Below, piece after piece: positions 1-8,151 of a stretch of DNA of 39,996 nucleotides (position 1 is its first letter; each line of letters begins with the position of its first letter). Source of the stretch: an uncultured Candidatus Saccharibacteria bacterium (lineage in GTDB: Bacteria; Patescibacteriota; Saccharimonadia; CAILAD01; BJGX01); the NCBI GenBank assembly GCA_964512085.1, contig CAZEIU010000002.1, positions 1 through 39,996 of the forward strand, given 5' to 3'. The position numbers were made by a program, and so were the translations under genes. The notes beneath the pieces are model-generated. The model had not been told where the DNA came from. It worked only from the letters and a program-made list of their open reading frames with translations, and ran no database searches.

Positions 1-936
1 ATGATTTACAATGTAGTAGATTTTTTCTTAATGTACGCCCAAGTGGATAATTGGGTAGCAAAAGCTGATGTTCCTCAGCCCGAAAACATACTGGACAAAT
101 GGATACTATCTAAGTTGCAAGGCTTAATACTTGAAGTTACTACAAATATGAATCAATACAATCTAATGCATGCTACGAGGCCAATATACGAGTTTATTGA
201 TGGCTTAAGTAATTGGTATGTACGTCGTAGCCGAAAAAGATTTTGGAAGAGCGAAAACGATAGTGACAAGAGTCAGGCATACCACACTCTTTACTATGTG
301 TTGGTAGAGCTCGTTAAGCTTATAGCTCCGTTTGCGCCTTTTATGAGCGAAGATATTTACTCACAGCTTGTCGATACAGAAGATTCGGTGCACCTACAAG
401 ACTATCCGATTGTGAACAAAAAACTTATGTTTAGTGAAATCGAGAAAGAGATGGACGCAATTAGAGCTTTGATTACCGAAGGATTAAGAATGCGTAGTGA
501 AGCGCAAATAAAAGTAAGGCAACCGCTTGCTACTGCAACCATTGGATTGCCAATTGAGCTCAATAACGAATTAATTGATGTTGTAAGTGAAGAACTAAAT
601 GTTAAAAAAGTTGTAGTAAAAAACAGTGACCAGCCGGTTGTTGAGTTGGATACTAAAATTACTCCAGAATTAAAAAATGAGGGTATCGCGAGAGAGATAA
701 TTCGCAATGTTCAGCAAGCTAGAAAAGATGCTCTACTCGATGTAGATAACAGAATAGAGTTAATACTTAATAGCGATAGCAATGAGATTGTAGACGCTAT
801 TAATCAAAATAGTGAGTTGATAAAAAAAGAAGTGCTGGCTACAACATTAGAGCAAAGTGCAGCTCAATACGACTTTACAGTCGATGTCGAAATTGAAAAA
901 CAAAAATTAACAATTAGCCTTAAAAAAGCGAGCTAA
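1..936 (+). CDS. ileS: Isoleucyl-tRNA synthetase, C-terminal part (5' end lies outside the window)
   Basis: Open from base 1. The motif 'SNWYVRRSRKRFW' and the following anticodon-binding helices (HTLYYVLVELVKLIAPFAPFMSEDIY) are typical of IleRS. Confidence 0.85.
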   Translation: MIYNVVDFFLMYAQVDNWVAKADVPQPENILDKWILSKLQGLILEVTTNMNQYNLMHATRPIYEFIDGLSNWYVRRSRKRFWKSENDSDKSQAYHTLYYVLVELVKLIAPFAPFMSEDIYSQLVDTEDSVHLQDYPIVNKKLMFSEIEKEMDAIRALITEGLRMRSEAQIKVRQPLATATIGLPIELNNELIDVVSEELNVKKVVVKNSDQPVVELDTKITPELKNEGIAREIIRNVQQARKDALLDVDNRIELILNSDSNEIVDAINQNSELIKKEVLATTLEQSAAQYDFTVDVEIEKQKLTISLKKAS

Positions 937-945
937 TTAGAACTT

Positions 946-2076
946 ATGCAGAATAAGGTTTTATTACAATTCAAGCGTTTTGACGGTATCTTGTTGGCAG
1001 CGACACTTTTGCTTATAGCCTTAGGACTTTTGATACTTTATTCATCAGGTCTTAGGTCTAGCGTAACTGCTTCGCAACTAGATACCAGTCGACAGATATT
1101 GTATGTAGCTGTCGGTTTTGTCTTGTTTTGGATGATGGCCAAAGTAGATTACAATCTTTGGGGTAATTATTCTCGTATATTGTATATTGTTATGCTCGTA
1201 CTTTTATTGATAGTAGAAATTTTTGGAGCAACTAGACTGGGAGCTACTAGATGGATAAATCTTGGGTTTTTTCAGTTTCAACCTTCAGAATTTGCTAAAT
1301 TAGCCTTAACTGTAGTGTTGGCAAAGTTTTTTTCGAAAAGCTACGAGCAAAGTGATAAATTTAAATATCTAGTAATTTCCTTGCTTTACTTATTGCCACC
1401 TCTAGTACTTGTATTGGCTCAACCCGATCTTGGTACAGCGCTGGTTCTTAGTGCGATTTGGTTTGCCATGGCGCTTACTAGCAGAATTAAAAAACGCTAC
1501 TTTCTAATTATGGCTGCTTCGCTTATTTTGTTATTCCCGCTTATTTATCCTCGTTTGGCGCCATACCAACAACAAAGAATTGCCACATTTTTAAATCCAA
1601 CTGCCGATCCGTCTAGTACCGGTTATAACGTTAATCAGGCAATAATTGCTGTAGGCTCGGGTGGTATGTTTGGTCAAGGCCTTAGCTCGGGAAGCCAGAG
1701 CCAAGGAAATTTCTTGCCCAGTCAACACACTGATTTTGTTTTTGCTGTCTTGAGTGAAAAACTTGGGTTTGTAGGGGGGGTTGTAAGTATATTTTTATAT
1801 ATTGTAGTTATATTGCGAGCCGTTTGGATTGCCAAAAACAGCTCTAATCGTTTTGGAACATTTTTGGCAATTGGCATAGCGACAATGTTTGGGTTTCATG
1901 TGCTGGTCAATATTGGTATGAATACAGGTTTACTACCAGTGACCGGTATACCTCTACCATTTATTTCGGCTGGTGGTACTAGCATGATAATCTCATTAAT
2001 ATCGATTGGTATGCTCGAAAGTATTTATGCCCGACGACGAAGTATGAGCATCAATACTAAAGAAATTTATGAGTAG
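946..2076 (+). CDS. SEDS-family peptidoglycan glycosyltransferase (RodA/FtsW)
   Basis: 376-aa polytopic membrane protein with FtsW/RodA/SpoVE signatures: 'INLGFFQFQPSEFAKL', 'QPDLGTA', 'LPSQHTDFVFA', 'TGIPLPFISAGGTS'. Confidence 0.85.
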   Translation: MQNKVLLQFKRFDGILLAATLLLIALGLLILYSSGLRSSVTASQLDTSRQILYVAVGFVLFWMMAKVDYNLWGNYSRILYIVMLVLLLIVEIFGATRLGATRWINLGFFQFQPSEFAKLALTVVLAKFFSKSYEQSDKFKYLVISLLYLLPPLVLVLAQPDLGTALVLSAIWFAMALTSRIKKRYFLIMAASLILLFPLIYPRLAPYQQQRIATFLNPTADPSSTGYNVNQAIIAVGSGGMFGQGLSSGSQSQGNFLPSQHTDFVFAVLSEKLGFVGGVVSIFLYIVVILRAVWIAKNSSNRFGTFLAIGIATMFGFHVLVNIGMNTGLLPVTGIPLPFISAGGTSMIISLISIGMLESIYARRRSMSINTKEIYE

Positions 2077-2635
2077 AAGAGTATTAATAAAACGAAGCCT
2101 TAACTTATTATTAATTATCATTGTTGGCGTTACCATAACCTATGCGGGTATAAGAAATCACACCAACACTTATTCGTCTCGAGGTACCAATAGCCCTACT
2201 TACAAAGTAGTACAGGTGCTCGATGGTGATACAGCCAAACTTAATATAAACGGACAAATTAGAACTGTCAGATTTATAGGCATGGACACACCCGAGGTAG
2301 TTGATCCGCGCAAGGTAGTACAGTGCTTTGGTAGAGAAGCAAGTAGCAAAGGGCACCAATTATTAGATAACCAGAGCGTCGGCATAGAATACGACGACTC
2401 GGTCGGTCGACAAGATAAGTACGGCCGACTACTTGGCTATATAATATTGCCAAACGGTGAAATTTATAACAAAAAGATGATTGCCGATGGATTTGCTCAT
2501 GAGTATACCTATCAAAACCAGACGTATAAGTATCAGGCTGAATTTAGGCAGGCTCAAGCGAATGCTAAGCAAAATAATCTCGGGCTTTGGAATATCAACA
2601 CATGTGGCGGAGACACAACTAAACCTGCTGTATAA
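2069..2635 (+). CDS. Membrane-anchored thermonuclease (staphylococcal nuclease/SNase-like)
   Basis: N-terminal TM helix. SNase motifs 'VLDGDTAKL', 'RFIGMDTPE' and 'DKYGRLLGYI'. The start overlaps the upstream stop by 8 nt. Confidence 0.8.
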   Translation: MSRRVLIKRSLNLLLIIIVGVTITYAGIRNHTNTYSSRGTNSPTYKVVQVLDGDTAKLNINGQIRTVRFIGMDTPEVVDPRKVVQCFGREASSKGHQLLDNQSVGIEYDDSVGRQDKYGRLLGYIILPNGEIYNKKMIADGFAHEYTYQNQTYKYQAEFRQAQANAKQNNLGLWNINTCGGDTTKPAV

Positions 2636-2652
2636 TATAAACAAATAAAACT

Positions 2653-3156
2653 ATGCCGAATCCTAAATATGAAAATTATTCTGAAGATAAAAAGATAAGA
2701 GAACACCAACTTATTGAAGAATTTTTGCGTATTTGTCCTGACTTTGATGACTACAAATTTGTAAGATTCTCAGAAAATCCAGATATGGTATATCAAAAAG
2801 GTTCTAATGTGTTAGGCTTTGATAGCGTTATAATTTCTGATGATCAAGCAAGTATTGATTGCTATTTTGAAGAGTCCATGTGTCAAATCGGCATACCATC
2901 ACGCCTAAGTGAAGAAGAAAAAAACGACAAAATAACAATATTTTTTGAGAACAAACTTTTTAAACACTTTCGGCGTTATGATGTGCCGACCGTACTTGTT
3001 TTTTCTCTAGTAGATACTGAACCCACAACTTATACTCAGTTAATAAATGTAGCAAAGAGATTTGCTTTACCAGAGTTTGAGATGTTTAATATTGTTGATT
3101 ATTATATTACCGACTCTCATAACTACCAAAAAATTACCAAAACCAAACCGATTTAA
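2653..3156 (+). CDS. Hypothetical protein (167 aa)
   Basis: Clean ORF in a co-directional gene string. I recognise no motif. Confidence 0.5.
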   Translation: MPNPKYENYSEDKKIREHQLIEEFLRICPDFDDYKFVRFSENPDMVYQKGSNVLGFDSVIISDDQASIDCYFEESMCQIGIPSRLSEEEKNDKITIFFENKLFKHFRRYDVPTVLVFSLVDTEPTTYTQLINVAKRFALPEFEMFNIVDYYITDSHNYQKITKTKPI

Positions 3157-3171
3157 TTAATTATATATATT

Positions 3172-3180
3172 TGTTATAAT
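3172..3180 (+). promoter_or_regulatory. Extended -10 element (TGtTATAAT) upstream of the heliorhodopsin gene
   Basis: 'ttgttataat' at 3171-3180, followed by the RBS AAGAGG at 3197-3202 and the ATG at 3208. The -35 is weak (tttaat). Confidence 0.4.
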
Positions 3181-3207
3181 TTAAGCATAAGCATTAAAGA
3201 GGAACAT

Positions 3208-3978
3208 ATGGCTAAAAAAATAACTATAGAAAAATTGCGACGTTTTAATTTTATAATGGTGCCAATCTTTGCGCTACAAGGCATTGCAATGCTTTTACTT
3301 GCCAAAGATTTTAAATTACCTGTTACTGCCAGTTATTTAACCTTTAATGCAGCTACCCAAACACTTATACCAGCTACCAAAACATTGTTTGAGGTGCCAT
3401 TAGCTTGGCTGGTAGCGGGCTTTTTGTTTATGAGCATGACAGCTCATCTTATTATTTCTACTATTTGGTACAGAGGCTACAAAAAAGATTTATCGAAAGG
3501 CATGAACCGAGCTCGCTGGATAGAATACTCAGTTTCGGCCAGTACTATGATAGTTGCCATTGCGATGCTCGTAGGAATTTATGATTTGGCAAGTTTAATA
3601 ATGCTCTTTACCCTAGTAATGGTAATGAATCTTTGCGGACTTGTTATGGAGGTACATAATCAAACCACCAACAAAACCAAATGGATAAGTTATATTGTGG
3701 GTTGTATAGCCGGCATTGTTCCATGGATAGCAATTGGAGTATATTTTTGGGCCTCTGATACTTATGGCGCAGGACAAATTCCAACCTTTGTATATTACAT
3801 CTACATAAGTATATTTATTTTCTTCAACTGCTTTGCTCTTAACATGTTCTTGCAGTACAAAAAATGGGGACCATGGAAGAACTATCTTTTTGGTGAAAGA
3901 GTTTATATTATTCTAAGCCTTGTAGCCAAAAGCGCCCTAGCTTGGCAGGTATTTGCCGGCACCCTAAGACCAATGTAG
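3208..3978 (+). CDS. Heliorhodopsin (7-TM retinal protein)
   Basis: 256 aa and 7 predicted TM helices. It aligns end to end, from memory, with heliorhodopsin 48C12. Matching blocks: 'RWIEYSVSASTMIV' (counterion Glu), 'GCIAGIVPWI', 'FLQYKKWG', 'GERVYIILSLVAKSALAWQVFAGTL'. The Schiff-base Lys falls at residue 241 (codon 3928-3930) and His80 is retained. Confidence 0.85.
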   Translation: MAKKITIEKLRRFNFIMVPIFALQGIAMLLLAKDFKLPVTASYLTFNAATQTLIPATKTLFEVPLAWLVAGFLFMSMTAHLIISTIWYRGYKKDLSKGMNRARWIEYSVSASTMIVAIAMLVGIYDLASLIMLFTLVMVMNLCGLVMEVHNQTTNKTKWISYIVGCIAGIVPWIAIGVYFWASDTYGAGQIPTFVYYIYISIFIFFNCFALNMFLQYKKWGPWKNYLFGERVYIILSLVAKSALAWQVFAGTLRPM

Positions 3979-3988
3979 TTGGCTAAAG

Positions 3989-4495
3989 ATGTCAAAAAAA
4001 ATATGTGTTACCGATAAGTTTCAAAAAAATTATTGTTATGATTTAACAGCTCAAGAAGGCAAAGATTTTGCAATAGATTTTAAGCCCGAACTTACGCCCA
4101 AACAAATGCTTAAACTAGGAGTCTTTGGTGGCGAGTATTTTGCCGATAAACCCAGCGATTTACCAACTGATTGGGTTGCGTCAGCCAAACTATCAGACGA
4201 ATATAATGAGCACATGAATTTCTTTGGCGTAAAAGCGAGCCAGCCTCGCGAGGTGTGGCTCAAAAAAGGCTGGATTAATGAAGATTATGATCCAAGGGGT
4301 TGGTTTCAGTGGTACTGTCGGTATTACCTTGGCAGAAGAATAAAAGGTTATGATGACTGGCAAATAAAGAGATGGAAGGCAATTAAGCGACACATTGCTC
4401 AATTACAAAAATCTTGCACAAAAGGCGACCTAAATTGTCGTCCTGTTCAGCGCCAAGCAATACTGCATTGGGCCTATGATAGTCGTAATCTCTAA
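3989..4495 (+). CDS. Conserved hypothetical protein (168 aa), probably co-transcribed with the heliorhodopsin gene
   Basis: Starts 10 nt after the heliorhodopsin stop. Soluble and Trp/Arg-rich, with the block 'PRGWFQWYCRYYLGRRIKGYDDWQIKRWKAIKRH'. I cannot assign a family. Confidence 0.6.
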   Translation: MSKKICVTDKFQKNYCYDLTAQEGKDFAIDFKPELTPKQMLKLGVFGGEYFADKPSDLPTDWVASAKLSDEYNEHMNFFGVKASQPREVWLKKGWINEDYDPRGWFQWYCRYYLGRRIKGYDDWQIKRWKAIKRHIAQLQKSCTKGDLNCRPVQRQAILHWAYDSRNL

Positions 4496-5097
4496 ACAGC
4501 TTTTGGCGTAATTAAATCAAAGTACATAAGTTTGCGGTATTCATCAAAGATACCATCGCAAGTAATTAGCACCAAATGGGGGCTAGAAGGTTTTTCGTAC
4601 ATTACATCGGTATTGTTAGGACTAACTCTTTTAGTGGTTGATAATGCATAGGTCCATTTTTGCGATTTTTCGTCGGTAATAATAACAACTCCACCAGCAT
4701 CTAGCTGTTTTACTTTGCCAAACAAATGATTTTTGCTATGGGCATAGAGTACTGTTTGGGCGCCACTGGTAGTGAGCTTAGATGTAGGCTCGGCAAAATA
4801 TGCGGCAGAGTCAGAAATGTTCCAAGACGCTGTTTTGGCATTGTAAGAGCCAAGCTCTATGGGCAAATTGAGATTTAGTTGCGGCACACTAATAGCTACC
4901 GGTTGAGTATTGAGCGAATACTCAATTTTTGCAGGCAACTCAAATTTGGTTGAGGTGTCGCTCATTGTAGTTCTATAAACCAAGGCTTTGCTTTCGGCAA
5001 TTGTATGCGCGCCTAATTGCAAAACGCCAAAACTCGCACTTGCAAAATATATTACAAGTACGAGTAGAGCAATGAAAAATTTGTTTTTGACTGACAT
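4492..5097 (-). CDS. Sortase-family transpeptidase
   Basis: N-terminal TM anchor. Candidate catalytic residues are His in 'VLYAHS', Cys in 'LVLITCDG' (TLxTC-like) and a downstream Arg in 'EYRKL'. It lies next to a sorting-signal protein. Confidence 0.75.
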   Translation of the reverse strand: MSVKNKFFIALLVLVIYFASASFGVLQLGAHTIAESKALVYRTTMSDTSTKFELPAKIEYSLNTQPVAISVPQLNLNLPIELGSYNAKTASWNISDSAAYFAEPTSKLTTSGAQTVLYAHSKNHLFGKVKQLDAGGVVIITDEKSQKWTYALSTTKRVSPNNTDVMYEKPSSPHLVLITCDGIFDEYRKLMYFDLITPKAV

Positions 5098-5119
5098 GAG
5101 TTTTCTTTAAACCTTGAGA

Positions 5120-5791
5120 TTAAAAGAATCTGCTGCGTAGTGCGCGAACACCTAGACCAACTACGCTAGATAGGGCACCGAGCGCCAAGAAGGCGTTGGT
5201 TTGGCCGCTACCGTCTGTATAAGGTAGAGTTTTTACAGCTGATGCAGTTGTAGCAGTTGGGGTAGTTGGAGTGGTTGGATTTTCACCACCTTGACCACCT
5301 TTTATACAATTGCCTTGCTCGTCGAAGTAATAACCAAATGGTAATTCTGATTGTACGCCATCGATGTTAGGGCAAACATCTTTTACGACAACTACGTAAT
5401 TACAATCATTTTCCCAAATAGCTTGACCTTCTGGCCAGTTTAAACCCTCTGGATGGGCGGCTGTAGGTGGAATAATGTCACCCCAAAAATCCTGATTAGT
5501 GTTATTAAACAAAGGCCCTTTATGTTCTGAAAAGTGATCTCCTTTGCCTTGATCTGCACCGGTTTCGTTATTACTAGTTCCATCTACAGCACTTAAACTA
5601 ACCTTTTCTTGATTATATGGATTTCCTACTGGTCCACCGCCGTTACCATTACTAGGGTTGGGCTGGTGACTATGACAAATAGTAACCTTTGGCTCTGGAA
5701 CATCTTCTTTTACTGCAGCAAACGCAGTTTTTGATTGCAAAACTACAACTGCAACAGCCGCCAGTGCTACAAACATTAAATATTTTTTCAT
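5120..5791 (-). CDS. Secreted surface protein with an LPXTG-like sorting signal
   Basis: Signal peptide (MKKYLMFVALAAVAVVVLQSKTAFA). Thr/Pro linker, then 'LPYTDG', a hydrophobic stretch and a basic tail (RALRSRFF). Confidence 0.7.
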   Translation of the reverse strand: MKKYLMFVALAAVAVVVLQSKTAFAAVKEDVPEPKVTICHSHQPNPSNGNGGGPVGNPYNQEKVSLSAVDGTSNNETGADQGKGDHFSEHKGPLFNNTNQDFWGDIIPPTAAHPEGLNWPEGQAIWENDCNYVVVVKDVCPNIDGVQSELPFGYYFDEQGNCIKGGQGGENPTTPTTPTATTASAVKTLPYTDGSGQTNAFLALGALSSVVGLGVRALRSRFF

Positions 5792-5940
5792 TTTTCCTCC
5801 TTATTTATATATTTCTGTACTGATGGTACTCTTACACACATTGACAATGCAAGCATAAGATTATTTAATATTGTTATGGTTATAAGATATTAATGTAAAT
5901 ACTAAATTATGCTTAAGGTTACAATTAAGCATTAAAAGTA

Positions 5941-5969
5941 TTGACAAAAAACTAATATGGGTGTAAAAT
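5941..5969 (+). promoter_or_regulatory. Sigma-70-type promoter (TTGACA-17 nt-TAAAAT)
   Basis: TTGACA at 5941-5946, a 17-nt spacer and TAAAAT at 5964-5969, in the 280-bp divergent intergenic region. Confidence 0.5.
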
Positions 5970-5996
5970 ACTACTTAGAATTAATTTATTACTTAC

Positions 5997-6024
5997 GGAG
6001 GGTTTAGCCCTCTTTTTTGTTTTT
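5997..6024 (+). terminator. Short GC hairpin plus T-tract (terminator- or attenuator-like) between the promoter and the mini-ORF
   Basis: GAGGG (5998-6002) pairs with CCCTC (6008-6012). It is followed by TTTTTTGTTTTT. Confidence 0.35.
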
Positions 6025-6071
6025 ATAGACATTAAAATTGTTGCTAAACCCACCAAATAAAAGGAGTAGAC

Positions 6072-6272
6072 ATGTATAACGGACAAGGTGGCGCAATAAT
6101 GGGTGGAATAGGCACAACTGCTACTGCAGCTGGTGCAGCTGGCATTGCAGTATTGCCAAATACTGGCGCTAATATTGCTCTTACAGTATTGAGTGCATTG
6201 ACTTTGGCAATTGGGCTAACTGTATTGGTTAGTTTTGTAGCATCGCGCATAATGATTGCTCGCCAGAAATAA
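6072..6272 (+). CDS. 66-aa Gly/Ala-rich mini-protein with an LPNTG sorting signal and no N-terminal signal peptide
   Basis: RBS AAGGAG lies 6 nt upstream of the ATG. LPNTG is encoded at 6153-6167, followed by a hydrophobic helix and the basic tail 'SRIMIARQK'. Confidence 0.6.
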   Translation: MYNGQGGAIMGGIGTTATAAGAAGIAVLPNTGANIALTVLSALTLAIGLTVLVSFVASRIMIARQK

Positions 6273-6299
6273 TTATTCAATAGCTAGGAACAAATCAAA

Positions 6300-7556
6300 A
6301 TGATGACAATAATATTTTATACAATATTGTTTCTTTGCTTTGTTAATCTTTTTCGTATCGCTTTTTATCTGATAGCCAGCGATATATATAGTGTTAAATT
6401 AGCCAAACAAAAGAATTCAAGAAAATACCGAAATTTACCTACAATATCGGTACTCGTACCTGTACACAATGAAGAGCACACCATTGAACGTTGTTTGGCG
6501 TCTGTAGTAAATAGTAATTATCCGAGCAGTAAATTAGAATTAATAGTTTGTAACGATGGTTCTACCGACAAATCAAAACAAATTATTCATAAGTTTAAAA
6601 AAGACAATAAGAATAAATGTAAAATTCGGCTTATTAATCGACCACAAAAGGGTAAGGCTGCGGTACTAAACTATGGCTTGCGACGAGTCGCCAAGAATCA
6701 ATTAGTAATGTGCCTTGACTCAGACTCATATCTAGACCCAATGGCCCTAAGAAACGCTGTTGAGCATTTTAGAGACAGAGGTGTTTTAGCGCTCTCTAGC
6801 AATGTAAATATTATTGAAGACAATTCTTTGCTATCATTGTTGCAACGATTTGAATACTTAGTTTGTTATCAAATGAAAAAAGGTCAAGCAGAATTTGGGG
6901 TTGAGTACATAGTAGGTGGAATTGGTTCGATGTTTCGTAGAAGTGCATTAGATAAAGTAGCTTATTACGATACCAATACAATGACTGAAGACATAGACCT
7001 CACATTAAAAATAATTGTAAACAAAACTCATCAACAAAAAATTGCTTATGCAGCAGACAGCATAGTTTACACCGAAGCAGCTCACTCAATAAAAGAATTA
7101 ATGAAGCAAAGATATCGCTGGAAGTTTGGTAGAAACCAAACCTATTTAAAAAACAATAATTACTTTTTTTCAAACAATAAGCGACATAATAAAAGAGTAG
7201 CTTGGTTTATGATTCCATTCTCAATAGTACAAGATATGCTCTTTTTGCTTGAACCATTTGTAATAGCTTACTTTTTATTTATTGTTATCTACTTTGGCGA
7301 TTACCGAACAATAGTTACCGCACTAACTGTACTTAGTACATATTTACTTTTTAATATTTGGAGCAGTCAACACCTGAGAGCAAAAGACAAAATCAGATTT
7401 TCACTTTTATCTCCTCTTATGTATTTTCTTATGTATGTTTTGGCGTGGGCTGAGTATTACGCACTTATTAAGTCACTTATAGATTTGCCCAAGCTCAAAC
7501 AAAGCATTGCCCAAAAGCACATTGTCTGGAACTCGCCAGCTCGCAAAAAAGCTTAA
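6300..7556 (+). CDS. Membrane-embedded processive family-2 glycosyltransferase (PgaC/IcaA/cellulose-synthase-like)
   Basis: 'VLVPVHNEE', 'CNDGSTD', 'LDSDS', 'TEDIDL' and 'QRYRW' (the Q-x-x-R-W processivity motif), plus N- and C-terminal TM helices. Confidence 0.85.
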   Translation: MMTIIFYTILFLCFVNLFRIAFYLIASDIYSVKLAKQKNSRKYRNLPTISVLVPVHNEEHTIERCLASVVNSNYPSSKLELIVCNDGSTDKSKQIIHKFKKDNKNKCKIRLINRPQKGKAAVLNYGLRRVAKNQLVMCLDSDSYLDPMALRNAVEHFRDRGVLALSSNVNIIEDNSLLSLLQRFEYLVCYQMKKGQAEFGVEYIVGGIGSMFRRSALDKVAYYDTNTMTEDIDLTLKIIVNKTHQQKIAYAADSIVYTEAAHSIKELMKQRYRWKFGRNQTYLKNNNYFFSNNKRHNKRVAWFMIPFSIVQDMLFLLEPFVIAYFLFIVIYFGDYRTIVTALTVLSTYLLFNIWSSQHLRAKDKIRFSLLSPLMYFLMYVLAWAEYYALIKSLIDLPKLKQSIAQKHIVWNSPARKKA

Positions 7557-7569
7557 AGCTTATAAAAGT

Positions 7570-7595
7570 AAAAACCCCAACTAGAGATGTTGGGG
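7570..7595 (-). terminator. Rho-independent terminator for the 72-aa gene (may also stop the convergent GT2 gene)
   Basis: CCCCAAC (7575-7581) pairs with GTTGGGG (7589-7595). The A-run on the + strand gives a T-run on the - strand. Confidence 0.6.
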
Positions 7596-7599
7596 TAGA

Positions 7600-7818
7600 T
7601 CATAATACTGATCTTTGCTTGGGATAGTTAATCAGGTAAATTGCACCAAGGATAATTGTAAGCGGTAGCCACAAAAAGATTATTGTGAGGTTAAAAATGC
7701 TATTTTCAGAGTCAGAAGCAGCTTCTTTTAATTGTGGCGCAAAAGAGTTTGTATTTTTATTACTAAGATAGGCGATTAAGCATCCTACTAAACAATATAG
7801 TGCAAATATGATAATCAT
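7600..7818 (-). CDS. Small 2-TM membrane protein (72 aa)
   Basis: Two hydrophobic helices. The second contains 'LPLT' and is followed by a basic tail. The gene has its own terminator. Confidence 0.5.
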   Translation of the reverse strand: MIIIFALYCLVGCLIAYLSNKNTNSFAPQLKEAASDSENSIFNLTIIFLWLPLTIILGAIYLINYPKQRSVL

Positions 7819-7896
7819 ATCTGACCCCCTTTGTGCGAAGGTACAATGTTAGCTCGAGCTTAACACTTTATTTATCAATCATCAATAAAAATAAAA

Positions 7897-7916
7897 ACCC
7901 CAACCTAAGTTGAGGT
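7897..7916 (-). terminator. Rho-independent terminator for the 76-aa gene
   Basis: Imperfect hairpin ACCCCAAC/GTTGAGGT with a T-run on the - strand. It has the same 'aaaaaccccaac' lead-in as the terminator at 7570. Confidence 0.45.
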
Positions 7917-7920
7917 GAAA

Positions 7921-8151
7921 TTAGACCCCTAGATGGGCCTTGATATTTGATCGATTTTTTACAATCAACACGGCAGTAAGTGGTAGCAAGGCAAGAAAGT
8001 AAAAAGTAGCAATATATAACTTGTCTATAAATGAAGACTGTGAATATGTCTTGCTAAATTTGGTTTTGGCATTATTAAATGCGCAGGTGCAAAACATTAA
8101 CCAAAAGAAAACATAGATAATGATTGCTATCTCCCAAGCGTCCAACGTCAT
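7921..8151 (-). CDS. Small 2-TM membrane protein (76 aa), with the same architecture as 7600-7818
   Basis: Two hydrophobic helices. The second contains 'LPLT' and is followed by a basic tail. Confidence 0.5.
   Translation of the reverse strand: MTLDAWEIAIIIYVFFWLMFCTCAFNNAKTKFSKTYSQSSFIDKLYIATFYFLALLPLTAVLIVKNRSNIKAHLGV

Noticed and set aside
6044-6280. 78-aa minus-strand ORF overlapping the LPNTG mini-gene
   Set aside because: The plus-strand frame has an AAGGAG RBS at the correct spacing and a complete sorting signal. The minus-strand frame has neither an RBS nor recognisable features.
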